Of a DNA stretch of 64,000 bases, positions 18,945 to 27,237 are shown one piece after another (the stretch's first letter is position 1; the number at the start of each line of letters is the position of its first letter). Source of the DNA: a virus (taxonomy: Duplodnaviria; Caudoviricetes); IMG/VR virus record IMGVR_UViG_3300011116_001229, one strand, 5' to 3'. Position numbers and translations under genes: made by a program. A model generated the notes under the pieces. That model ran no database searches, had not been told where the DNA came from, and was given only the letters and a program-made list of their open reading frames with translations.

Positions 18945-19558
18945 CCATGACTACCGATCTGAAACTGTTAAATTCTTACGAAATATTCAACTACACGCCC
19001 GAGATGATCAAAGAGTCTCGTGAAAAGAATGGCGGAAAAGTGATGATGAAAGGCATCCTGCAAAAAGCAGATACCTTAAACCAGAACGGTAGAATCTATC
19101 CCATTGATATTCTTGAAAGAGAAATTAGAAACTATCAAAAGTTTATTGTTGAAAATAGAGCGCTTGGTGAATTAGACCATCCTGATTCTTCTGTTGTTAA
19201 TTTAAAAAATGCGTCGCACTTAGTGAAGGAAGCTTACCTTGATAAGCAAGTAGTTTATGGTACAGTAGAGATTCTTGAAACACCTTCTGGAAAAATATTA
19301 CAGTCTCTTATTGAGTCAGGTGTCAAGCTCGGTATCTCTTCCCGCGGCGTTGGTACAACCAAGAAGCAGGGGGATTATCACGTTGTTCAGGACGACTTTC
19401 AGCTTATTTGCTGGGACTTCGTATCAGAGCCCTCAACACCAGGCGCATTCATGTTGCCAGAGGGTAAATCAATCAATCCAAATGAGTTGAAAAATGCATT
19501 CAATAAGTCGGATAGAATTGATAGAATAATAAACGATGTGCTTAGTTTTAAGAAGTGA
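18941..19558 (+). CDS. Prohead core protease (T4 gp21-like)
   Basis: GILQKADTLNQNGRIYP, ALGELDHP, ASH, LGISSRGVG, DFVSEPSTPGAF. Confidence 0.92.
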   Translation: MTMTTDLKLLNSYEIFNYTPEMIKESREKNGGKVMMKGILQKADTLNQNGRIYPIDILEREIRNYQKFIVENRALGELDHPDSSVVNLKNASHLVKEAYLDKQVVYGTVEILETPSGKILQSLIESGVKLGISSRGVGTTKKQGDYHVVQDDFQLICWDFVSEPSTPGAFMLPEGKSINPNELKNAFNKSDRIDRIINDVLSFKK

Positions 19559-19587
19559 TTCCACTTATTAACCCAATATAATGATAT

Positions 19588-20022
19588 ATGAAACTAACAA
19601 AGAATGATCTAAAACAAATCGTTAAAGAATGTCTCGTCGAGATCTTGTCTGAGGGCATGGGAGCTTCTTTGCCCACAGTCAACGAGATAAAAAAGCAAAT
19701 TCCTAAAAAACGAGATGTTATGCCTCATTCTTCTGCTGTCTTAAGACAAAATGCAGAAAGAGCTCGTATGCCATCAAACGCATTAAAAGAAGCTATTAAG
19801 ATTGAATCGGCAGGTAATCCCATTATGGCTTCAATCTTAGCTGACACTGCAGCAAATAGTTTACCTTCTATGCTAGAGTCTGATGTTCCCGGTAAATTTA
19901 CGCCTATACCCACAGGCACAGCAGAGCGGGTCGTTGCTTCTGCTGCACCTGAAGATCTATTCGGTGAAGAAGTAGCATCAAAATGGGCAAACCTAGCTTT
20001 TGCCCCCTCACCAAAAAAATAA
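19588..20022 (+). CDS. Hypothetical protein with KLTKNDLKQIVKECL motif
   Basis: 144-aa ORF in the head cluster. Confidence 0.7.
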   Translation: MKLTKNDLKQIVKECLVEILSEGMGASLPTVNEIKKQIPKKRDVMPHSSAVLRQNAERARMPSNALKEAIKIESAGNPIMASILADTAANSLPSMLESDVPGKFTPIPTGTAERVVASAAPEDLFGEEVASKWANLAFAPSPKK

Positions 20023-20040
20023 TTATTTTTTCTTTAGCGA

Positions 20041-20047
20041 ATATTTA
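20041..20047 (+). promoter_or_regulatory. ATA-N-TTA candidate phage late promoter element
   Basis: ATATTTA 26 nt upstream of ATG 20074. Confidence 0.45.
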
Positions 20048-20073
20048 GTAACAGTAACCACATTGAGGTTGAA

Positions 20074-20316
20074 ATGAAATTAACAAGTAAGCTTTTAAAG
20101 CAAATTATTGAAGAAGAAGTTTCCAAGTTCGGTGACATGGAGTCAACAGAAGACCGAGCGAAGGACGCTGTTGAATTAGACGCCGATGAGCTTGGTTCTG
20201 ACAAAGCGCATGAACTTTCAATTGACTTCATAAAGGCGCTTAAGATTGAAGAGACTCGTCTACGTCGACGTCTTCAAAAGATCACAGAGATGAAGAAGTC
20301 TTGGATACAAGGTTGA
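20074..20316 (+). CDS. Hypothetical protein with KLTSKLLKQIIEEEV motif
   Basis: 80-aa ORF with GAGG RBS; C-terminal coiled-coil-like ETRLRRRLQKITE. Confidence 0.7.
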   Translation: MKLTSKLLKQIIEEEVSKFGDMESTEDRAKDAVELDADELGSDKAHELSIDFIKALKIEETRLRRRLQKITEMKKSWIQG

Positions 20317-20339
20317 TTAACTAGAAAAGGAAGACTAAC

Positions 20340-20867
20340 ATGCCCGGCCCAGGATCAGGTAGATACACAAATTATACACCGCTAGACGCTGCGAGCGCAG
20401 CAGCTTATCAGAAAAGACTTGCTCTTTTTAATAACAAAGCAGCAGCTGAAAAAGGAGATTTTCAAAAGGATCTCGTAGCAAATGCTGTAAAGGCTCTTGA
20501 GGCTGGTGCAGGAGACAAGCAAATGTTTCCCGCAGGAGTTGACATGGCTTATGGATCATCGCCTAATTTTGGCGATGTTAATGCAAAAGTTCCCGGTGGA
20601 CCGGGCAATGCGTTTGTTCCCGATGTCAGCTCGCCAGGAGCAGTCGAAGGATCAATTAACGTTGATCCAAAGACCAAGACAGGAGGAAACATTTCTGTCA
20701 CAGACGTCAAGCCAAACTACGTTGTTTCAAATGGTGTCGGATCTCAAGACTCACAAAATCTTGGATCACAATCACCGCACTTGACTGCCCCTGGAATTGG
20801 TGTTTCACCGATTGGTGCCGATTTGGTCATGGGCGTGTCAAAAGGTTCAGCAGAACCAAAAGCTTGA
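20340..20867 (+). CDS. Hypothetical protein (paralog 1, MPGPGSGRYTNY)
   Basis: 175 aa, G/P-rich, AGGA RBS. Confidence 0.7.
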   Translation: MPGPGSGRYTNYTPLDAASAAAYQKRLALFNNKAAAEKGDFQKDLVANAVKALEAGAGDKQMFPAGVDMAYGSSPNFGDVNAKVPGGPGNAFVPDVSSPGAVEGSINVDPKTKTGGNISVTDVKPNYVVSNGVGSQDSQNLGSQSPHLTAPGIGVSPIGADLVMGVSKGSAEPKA

Positions 20868-20885
20868 TATTAGTTTGAGTTAAAA

Positions 20886-21554
20886 ATGTCCGGCCCAGGT
20901 AAAGGAAGATATACTGACTACGTGCAATATGCTTTCTCATCTGGGCAAAGTGCAAAATTAAAAAGATTGCACAGAAATTTTAATACTAATCCAATGATTA
21001 ATCCCGGGGCTGAAAGCAATCCCGGGATTTTTTATGGCGCAACTGACAAATCAAATCAAGAATCAAATACTAATGCAGCATCCTCTGTTACTCAAAACTA
21101 CGTTAAAAATCTAATTGATGATCTTTATACAAGTCCGATCTCAAAAGACGTTGTTAAAGATCTTAAAGTAGACAAGGAACTAGCTAAAGATCCTGTGACC
21201 GGATTACCTGAGAGTCTAGTTTATTTTACAGGCAACGGAATAAATGATTTGCCCGATACGTCCAAATTAGACGACAAAGCCGTCGCTTCTAATTCTTACA
21301 TGCCAGTTTTAATTTCCCCTGGCGCAATTAAAGACGCTGTTAATTTTAAGTTTCTATTTGATAATAAAGTAGATACCAGGGATGCAACAGGAAAAGATGG
21401 TTACAAGCCCAACTTGATCATTCCAAAAACGTCAGACGACAAAGAGAATTTAGGCACTTTATCACCGCACGATGCAAGTCGACAAGTAGGTTCTCTTTCT
21501 ATTGTTTCAGTTGTAAGTTTAGGGTCTAGTAAAAAGTTGCTAGAAACAGCTTAA
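20886..21554 (+). CDS. Hypothetical protein (paralog 2, MSGPGKGRYTDY)
   Basis: 222 aa; N-terminus and NLGTLSPH segment match 20340..20867. Confidence 0.7.
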   Translation: MSGPGKGRYTDYVQYAFSSGQSAKLKRLHRNFNTNPMINPGAESNPGIFYGATDKSNQESNTNAASSVTQNYVKNLIDDLYTSPISKDVVKDLKVDKELAKDPVTGLPESLVYFTGNGINDLPDTSKLDDKAVASNSYMPVLISPGAIKDAVNFKFLFDNKVDTRDATGKDGYKPNLIIPKTSDDKENLGTLSPHDASRQVGSLSIVSVVSLGSSKKLLETA

Positions 21555-21653
21555 TTGTTAATTTAATCATAAAATTTCTCTATGAAAAATTAAATTTTTA
21601 GTATCTGGGCGTACCTAAAGATAAATTACAGCATAATTTAGCATGTGTGATGA

Positions 21654-21660
21654 ATAATTA
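21654..21660 (+). promoter_or_regulatory. ATA-N-TTA candidate phage late promoter element
   Basis: ATAATTA 40 nt upstream of the scaffold ATG; would drive scaffold plus major capsid. Confidence 0.45.
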
Positions 21661-21700
21661 GTTATTGACAATATGACACCGGTAATTTGAAAGGATCCAA

Positions 21701-23731
21701 ATGAGCAAGCAATTATATGAGGAGGCACTGGCAGATGTTAAGAAGCTAAAAGAAATAGCTGAAGACAATGCCAAGCGTGCAATTCTAGAGGCTGTTACGC
21801 CTAGAATAAAAGATCTCATTGAGAATCAACTTCTTGGTGAGGCGGATAAAAGCAACGATTCTGAAGAAGATGAGCTTTTATTAGACGACATGCCTGAGGT
21901 TGTACCAGCAGATGCAGACCCAATTGATGCAGCTATCTCTATGCCTGACGACGAGGGCAAGATTACTCTTGATTTAAGTATGCTTGCATCACCTGAAGAT
22001 GAAGATTACGCTTTGAGCATGGATGATGAGCAGGCAGTCGATGCTTTAGTTCCATCTAATAAAATCAATGTAGTTAAGGCTGAGTCTGCTTTAAGAAAAC
22101 TTGAGAACAAGATACACAATTTTTCAAAAGCAAGTGCTGTGCTACGTGAGACCAAGAGCTATTTGGTGGGTCTGGTGTCAACAATTTCTGAAGTTGAAGA
22201 TATGTATTCAACATTGAAGAATTCTTCAAACACGCAAAATTTGATTCAACGATTGAAGGAATGTCATAAAACGCTCAAAACGCTCATGGAGCAGGAAACG
22301 AACATGAAAAAGAAATTTTCACTCAATGAAGAAGACGTAACTCTTACCCTCAAGGGACTTCCGGACGATTTGAACCTCGATGATGTCGAGATTGAACTCG
22401 TGTCTGGCGGCGCCGAAGAAGAAGAAGGTGAAGAACCCGAAGAAGAAGGCGAAGAAGCTGAGGGTGAAGACGTTTTTGGCGATGAGGGCGAAGACGAAGA
22501 AGATACCGAAGAAACTGAAGAAGGAGAGGAAAGCTCCGAAGAAAAAGAGGAAGAAAAAATGGAAACACGATGGTTAAAGGGCGACGTTGTCGTCGAAATT
22601 GATGAGAACATGCTTCGTAAAGAGATTTCACGTATGAGAGCACTCCGTGAGGAGGCAGTTCCTTCAGCGGACGGCCACGGACCCGGAGACCTCGGTGACC
22701 TTGAGGATGAGGATCTTGGCGATCCTCTTGAGATGGACCTCTCTGAGGCCGATGGCGACCTCGACGAAGAGTACGACATGGACCAGGGAATGGACATGGA
22801 TGCCGATGTAGACATGGATGAAGCCGGCAAGAGCGATGAAGAAGGCGACCTCGACGAAGAGTACGACACGGACCAGGGAATGGACGTGGACATGGACGAA
22901 GCTGACAAGCAAGACAAGAAGGACAAGGAAGGTGACCTTGATCTTGACGAAGCTAGCGAAGAAAAAGACGAAGAAAAAGACGAGAAGAAGATGAAAGAAT
23001 CAATCAAGCGTCGTCTTGCTTCTGAGATTCGCATTCAGACCGAGGCCAAGAAGAAGGCAGGTCAAGCTGCTCAAGCTGTCAAGAAGCAACAGAAGGAAGC
23101 TCAGCAGAAGAAGAAGGACGCACAACAGAAGATGAAGGAAGCTCAGCAACAAGCTAAGCAGAAGAAGATGAAGGAAGCTCAGCAGAAGAAGAAGGATGCC
23201 GAGCAAAAGATGAAGGAAGCTCAGCAAAAGCAGAAGAAAGCTAAGCAGATGAAGGAAGCGTACGATTACTATGCTACCCAATTCAACGAGTCAGTCCTTC
23301 GCACAAGAAAATTACAGGGCATGCTCGCAGAAGCAACTGCTCGCAATGGATCCTCCAAGAATGGTGGAACCACACGGTTAGCGGAGAACACCGTCGAACT
23401 CCGTGATAAGTTGGCAGAAATGAATCTGTTCAACGCGAAGCTACTCTTCACAAACAAGCTGCTTCAGAATGAGTCGCTCACCAAGCGCCAAAAGGCCGAG
23501 GTGATTGAGCGTCTCGACGAGGCACAGAACGTTCGTGAGGCGAAGCTTGTCTATGAGAGCTTGGTGAAGGCCCTCCAAGGTGGATCTACAGGTCGCGCAA
23601 TGACCGAGTCAGCTTCACGCGGAGTCATTGGATCTTCATCACGTCCCGCGCGTCCCGCGGCGACAACAACTACACTCAACGAAGGCTTCGAAGCTGAGCG
23701 TTGGGCGAAGCTCGCGGGCATCATTAAGTGA
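21701..23731 (+). CDS. Prohead scaffolding protein (T4 gp22-like position)
   Basis: 676 aa directly upstream of the major capsid gene; very acidic, coiled-coil; C-terminal NLFNAKLLFTNKLL...ERWAKLAGII; many (L/M)-x-E sites. Confidence 0.75.
   Translation: MSKQLYEEALADVKKLKEIAEDNAKRAILEAVTPRIKDLIENQLLGEADKSNDSEEDELLLDDMPEVVPADADPIDAAISMPDDEGKITLDLSMLASPEDEDYALSMDDEQAVDALVPSNKINVVKAESALRKLENKIHNFSKASAVLRETKSYLVGLVSTISEVEDMYSTLKNSSNTQNLIQRLKECHKTLKTLMEQETNMKKKFSLNEEDVTLTLKGLPDDLNLDDVEIELVSGGAEEEEGEEPEEEGEEAEGEDVFGDEGEDEEDTEETEEGEESSEEKEEEKMETRWLKGDVVVEIDENMLRKEISRMRALREEAVPSADGHGPGDLGDLEDEDLGDPLEMDLSEADGDLDEEYDMDQGMDMDADVDMDEAGKSDEEGDLDEEYDTDQGMDVDMDEADKQDKKDKEGDLDLDEASEEKDEEKDEKKMKESIKRRLASEIRIQTEAKKKAGQAAQAVKKQQKEAQQKKKDAQQKMKEAQQQAKQKKMKEAQQKKKDAEQKMKEAQQKQKKAKQMKEAYDYYATQFNESVLRTRKLQGMLAEATARNGSSKNGGTTRLAENTVELRDKLAEMNLFNAKLLFTNKLLQNESLTKRQKAEVIERLDEAQNVREAKLVYESLVKALQGGSTGRAMTESASRGVIGSSSRPARPAATTTTLNEGFEAERWAKLAGIIK
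22751..22890 (+). repeat. Imperfect 50-nt direct repeat, 90-nt period, in the scaffold gene
   Basis: ggcgacctcgacgaagagtacgaca.ggaccagggaatggac in units at 22751 and 22841 (GDLDEEYD.DQGMD). Confidence 0.85.
23081..23262 (+). repeat. Low-complexity K/Q repeat (KEAQQKKKDA / KMKEAQQ) in the scaffold gene
   Basis: aaggaagctcagca occurs four times; aaggaagctcagcagaagaagaagga twice. Confidence 0.8.
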
Positions 23732-23784
23732 TGTGAACTTTTAACAACAAACCAACTTTAGATTTTTTTAGGAGTCAATTTAAA

Positions 23785-25641
23785 ATGAAGTATTTTAGCT
23801 TAGATCAACTTGCACAGGGTATCCGCGAGAAGCACGTCGGTGCTGAGCGTGCCCGTTTAACAGAGAAGTGGAGCCGCACAGGTCTCCTCCGCGGTCTCGA
23901 CGGCACACGCCGCGAGATGATGGCACAGCTTCTCGAGAACCAGGCTGCACAGGTCCTCAAGGAGAGCTCAGCTCTCTCAACCGGTGGCGGCAACGTTGCA
24001 ACCAGCGGACAGATTCAGGGCTTCAGCAACATCGCATTCCCAATCGTCCGCCGCGTGTTCGGTGGCCTTGTCGCCAACGAGCTCGTTTCAATCCAACCGA
24101 TGAGCCTTCCATCAGGACTCATCTTCTACCTTGATTATACCTACGGTACAACCAAGGGTGGAGCAAACGCCGGCGACGCAACATACACATCAGGTCAATC
24201 TATCTACAACAACCCACGCGGCAAGGGCGTCCAATCAGGATCTCTCGCAGCTGGCGGTATGTACGACCTCGTCGGCACCGGCTACTCCCGCACCTCTGGC
24301 TCGTTCACAGGCGAGAACCTCGCGGCGCTCGGTGCTTTCGGTGGCGCCAATGGCGACACATTCGCTGCAAGCTTGATGATCACATCTGACAGCCAGCTCA
24401 GCGGTTCAAACGCTCGCTTCACTGACTTCGACCCACAGGTCCAAGCAGCAGTGCAGAACAACGACCTCGACCTCACTTTCGCAGTCATGGCCATCACAGG
24501 CTCCGGCTTCGACAAGATGGACAAGCTCGCCGTCGAGCACCTCGCAGTCTTCGGTACAGTGACCAACGCCACAGCATGGGGCGAGACTTACCAAGGTGGC
24601 AGCGGCGTCCTCAACCTCCGCCGCCTCAACAAGCGCGGTAACTGGACAGGCTCCGTCTTCACAGCTGATGCACTCAACGGAACACACGTTCTCATGGTGC
24701 TCAAGGGTGCAAACGGCAACGCTCTCTCAGCAGTTGGCAGCTCACTCCGCGGTTCATTCGTGACTGCAGCCGGCCTCTCGGTCGACAGCACAGTGGGTTC
24801 AACCGTCACAGTGCCTTCCTTCGAGTCCGACTTCGGAACAAACCCGGCCCCGGCAATCCCAGAGATCGACATCCGCATCGAGTCGATCGCTGTGACAGCT
24901 GAGACCCGCAAGCTCCGTGCTCGCTGGTCACCGGAACTCGCGCAAGACCTCAACGCCTATCACTCGATGGACGCAGAGGTTGAGCTCACCTCGATCCTCT
25001 CCGAGCAGATCGCTCTCGAGATCGACCGCGAGATCCTCAACGACCTCGTCACAGCAGCCAACGGCGCCAACTACTACTGGAGCCGCTCACCCGGTCGCTT
25101 CGTCAACAAGACCACAGGCGTTCGCGAGACACTCGCTGACGCATTCCAAATCGGACCGGCCTTCACAGGCACAGTCCGCGAGTGGTACGAGACCCTCGTC
25201 GAGACGATCATCGACGTTGCCAACACCATCCACCGCAAGACACTCCGTGGAAGCGCAAACTTCCTCGTCTGCGGACCGGACGTCGCCACCATCCTCGAGA
25301 GCTCGGTCCTCTACAAGCCCAAGCTTTCCATCGACGGTGAGGGACAAGTTGGAGCTCCGTTCTCCATCGGTGCAGAGAACATCGGTTCCGTGAGCAACCG
25401 CTTCACAGTCTACAAGGATCCTTACTTCGTTAGAAACAAGATCCTCGTCGGCTACAAGGGCGGCAGCTACCTCGAGACCGGCTACGTCTACGCTCCCTAC
25501 GTGCCACTCATCGTGACACCCACCATCTTCGCGCCAGAAGATTTCACGCCACGCAAAGGCGTAATGACTCGCTACGGCAAGAAGATGGTCCGCAGCGATT
25601 TCTTCGGAACTGTCACATGCTTGGACATGAACGTGATATGA
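23785..25641 (+). CDS. Major capsid protein (T4 gp23-like)
   Basis: FPIVRRVF...VSIQPMSLPSGLIFYL, TRKLRARWSPELAQDLNAYH, ALEIDREIL, YAPYVPL, PRKGVMTRYG; AGGAG RBS; strong C-ending codon bias; likely maturation site VLKE60|S. Confidence 0.95.
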   Translation: MKYFSLDQLAQGIREKHVGAERARLTEKWSRTGLLRGLDGTRREMMAQLLENQAAQVLKESSALSTGGGNVATSGQIQGFSNIAFPIVRRVFGGLVANELVSIQPMSLPSGLIFYLDYTYGTTKGGANAGDATYTSGQSIYNNPRGKGVQSGSLAAGGMYDLVGTGYSRTSGSFTGENLAALGAFGGANGDTFAASLMITSDSQLSGSNARFTDFDPQVQAAVQNNDLDLTFAVMAITGSGFDKMDKLAVEHLAVFGTVTNATAWGETYQGGSGVLNLRRLNKRGNWTGSVFTADALNGTHVLMVLKGANGNALSAVGSSLRGSFVTAAGLSVDSTVGSTVTVPSFESDFGTNPAPAIPEIDIRIESIAVTAETRKLRARWSPELAQDLNAYHSMDAEVELTSILSEQIALEIDREILNDLVTAANGANYYWSRSPGRFVNKTTGVRETLADAFQIGPAFTGTVREWYETLVETIIDVANTIHRKTLRGSANFLVCGPDVATILESSVLYKPKLSIDGEGQVGAPFSIGAENIGSVSNRFTVYKDPYFVRNKILVGYKGGSYLETGYVYAPYVPLIVTPTIFAPEDFTPRKGVMTRYGKKMVRSDFFGTVTCLDMNVI

Positions 25642-25673
25642 CATGAATATCATCTGAATTCATATCCTAAGAT

Positions 25674-25709
25674 CTGCAGAGGCCACCCAAAAGGTGGCCT
25701 TTGTAGTTT
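25674..25709 (+). terminator. Intrinsic terminator after the major capsid gene
   Basis: 14-bp stem ctgcagaggccacc / ggtggcctttgtag (two G-U pairs), loop caaaa, short T tract. Confidence 0.7.
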
Positions 25710-25743
25710 ATAAACATTCAGTTGATGTATATATAATAGTTAT

Positions 25744-26571
25744 ATGTTAACTGAAATTGACAATGTCTGTAAAGAGTGTAATACTGAATTCGATTCATTA
25801 GAGTTCGTCTTAAGACACATTCGATGTCACAAGATCAACGCGCAAGAATACGTGCTCAAGTGGAAATACGGTGGACAAGCTCCACACTGTGCTTGTGGAT
25901 GTGGTTCCAAAAATAAGTGGAATATTGCCTTAAAGGATTTTACCCGATTTATTCACGGACATCACGCACATGGCAGAATCAAATCTGAAGAAGAGAAGGC
26001 GAAGATCGGGAGGAAGAACTCTGTAAACATGAAAGAATTCATGTCAAAACACCCAGATGTAGCAAAAAAGAGAATAAAAAAGATGAATCCTCTTTCAAAA
26101 ACTCCTGAGGCAATAAAGAAACAGACAGAGTCTATTCGTCGCTTCTGGGCTGAGTCGCCCCTCGCACCCGTCCTCCGGCAAGAAGCCTCCGCTCGTGCCG
26201 TGCAGCTCTTGGCTGACAACAAGATCGGACCGCACGCTCCCTTCAAGCGTGAGACCCTGATCAGCCCGTGGACCGGCGAGGAGGAGCACATGCACTCGTC
26301 TTGGGAGTCAGCGTTCTACCAGGCCTGCGTGTCTCGCCAGTACCACGTCACCAAGAACCACGGCATCCAGATTCCCTATACCCACCCCGACGGCACCACT
26401 CGGACTTACATTCCTGATTTCTACGGATTTGACGACCGCACCCTGTACGAGGTGAAGGGTCGCCACGACGCCGTGGACCAGGCCAAGTGGGACGCCGCGA
26501 AGGCTTTCTGTGAGAAGCGCAATTGGTGGTTCGTGGTGATGCTCGCCCCGGAGGATGCAGAGCTGTCTTGA
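25744..26571 (+). CDS. Free-standing endonuclease: Zn finger + CxCGCG + PD-(D/E)xK (TnsA-like) domain
   Basis: CKEC...HIRCH, CACGCG, then SSWESAF...IPY...YIPDF...YEVKG. Confidence 0.7.
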   Translation: MLTEIDNVCKECNTEFDSLEFVLRHIRCHKINAQEYVLKWKYGGQAPHCACGCGSKNKWNIALKDFTRFIHGHHAHGRIKSEEEKAKIGRKNSVNMKEFMSKHPDVAKKRIKKMNPLSKTPEAIKKQTESIRRFWAESPLAPVLRQEASARAVQLLADNKIGPHAPFKRETLISPWTGEEEHMHSSWESAFYQACVSRQYHVTKNHGIQIPYTHPDGTTRTYIPDFYGFDDRTLYEVKGRHDAVDQAKWDAAKAFCEKRNWWFVVMLAPEDAELS

Positions 26572-26645
26572 ATCAGCGCGTCCCTTGTGTTTTACGAAAT
26601 TCGTTGATCGTCTATAATATTTGCTCATTTTTGACTACGAACTTC

Positions 26646-26652
26646 ATATTTA
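26646..26652 (+). promoter_or_regulatory. ATA-N-TTA candidate phage late promoter element
   Basis: ATATTTA 73 nt upstream of ATG 26726. Confidence 0.4.
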
Positions 26653-26725
26653 AATTCGCGTCGGAGCGCTGATCAGCAAAACAAACCGGCGCAAGAACAT
26701 TCACAGAAATTATTAGGAGCTCAAA

Positions 26726-27157
26726 ATGGCCAAGATTACAATCACAGATACACAAGGTCTCAATCAAATCAAGTCTGGAGACGGCGTCGTTCTCCAGCAC
26801 ACACCCACAGTCTCTGCTGCTGTGGCACTCGTCACCACAAACACAGCATCGCTTCCCGGTGCGTACACCATCGCAGGTGGAAGCGCAGCCGAAGTGAAGA
26901 TGCCCACAGCCTCAGAATCACTCGGTGGCGTCTTCGTCTTCAGAAGCACATCAGCACAAGCCCACTTTCTCACAGGCTCTGCCGAAGCTGCGGGAACCAA
27001 GGTCTTCGTGCTCGGCGATCCCACAGCCGGCAACGTAAAAAATGGTAGTAAGCTCACACTGCAAGGTGTCGTCGGCGCATCAGTCGCTCTCATCTCTGAC
27101 GGCGTGAACTTTATCGTTCTTCCAGGATCCGGTTCAGTTGCTTTCAGCGGCACCTGA
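26726..27157 (+). CDS. Putative capsid decoration / small abundant virion protein
   Basis: 143 aa, G/A/S/T/V-rich beta-type; AGGAG RBS, capsid-like codon bias, own terminator. Confidence 0.5.
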   Translation: MAKITITDTQGLNQIKSGDGVVLQHTPTVSAAVALVTTNTASLPGAYTIAGGSAAEVKMPTASESLGGVFVFRSTSAQAHFLTGSAEAAGTKVFVLGDPTAGNVKNGSKLTLQGVVGASVALISDGVNFIVLPGSGSVAFSGT

Positions 27158-27181
27158 TTCTAGAAACTGCCAATAAACAGC

Positions 27182-27217
27182 AAAGAGGTTCTCAGCGATG
27201 GGAACCTTTTTCTTTTT
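27182..27217 (+). terminator. Intrinsic terminator
   Basis: Stem aaagaggttctc / gggaaccttttt, loop agcgat, followed by cttttt. Confidence 0.8.
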
Positions 27218-27223
27218 GCTCCC

Positions 27224-27230
27224 ATAGTTA
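27224..27230 (+). promoter_or_regulatory. ATA-N-TTA candidate phage late promoter element
   Basis: ATAGTTA just after a terminator and 7 nt before ATG 27238. Confidence 0.4.
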
Positions 27231-27237
27231 TTCAGTC

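Noticed and set aside
22751-23262. Direct repeats as a possible CRISPR array
   Set aside because: In-frame, imperfect, inside a coding sequence, no unique spacers, no cas genes. No CRISPR array seen anywhere in the window.
22264-25653. Long antisense and alternate-frame ORFs over scaffold and MCP (e.g. 22264..23034, 25087..25653, 24917..25393)
   Set aside because: Shadows of biased codon use and low-complexity coding on the + strand; S/P-rich translations with no motifs or RBS.
26572-26725. tRNA or known ncRNA in the larger intergenic gaps (also 21555-21700, 44190-44375, 45855-45952)
   Set aside because: No cloverleaf or T-loop GTTC pattern recognised by eye; only local hairpins. A tRNAscan/Infernal run would be decisive.
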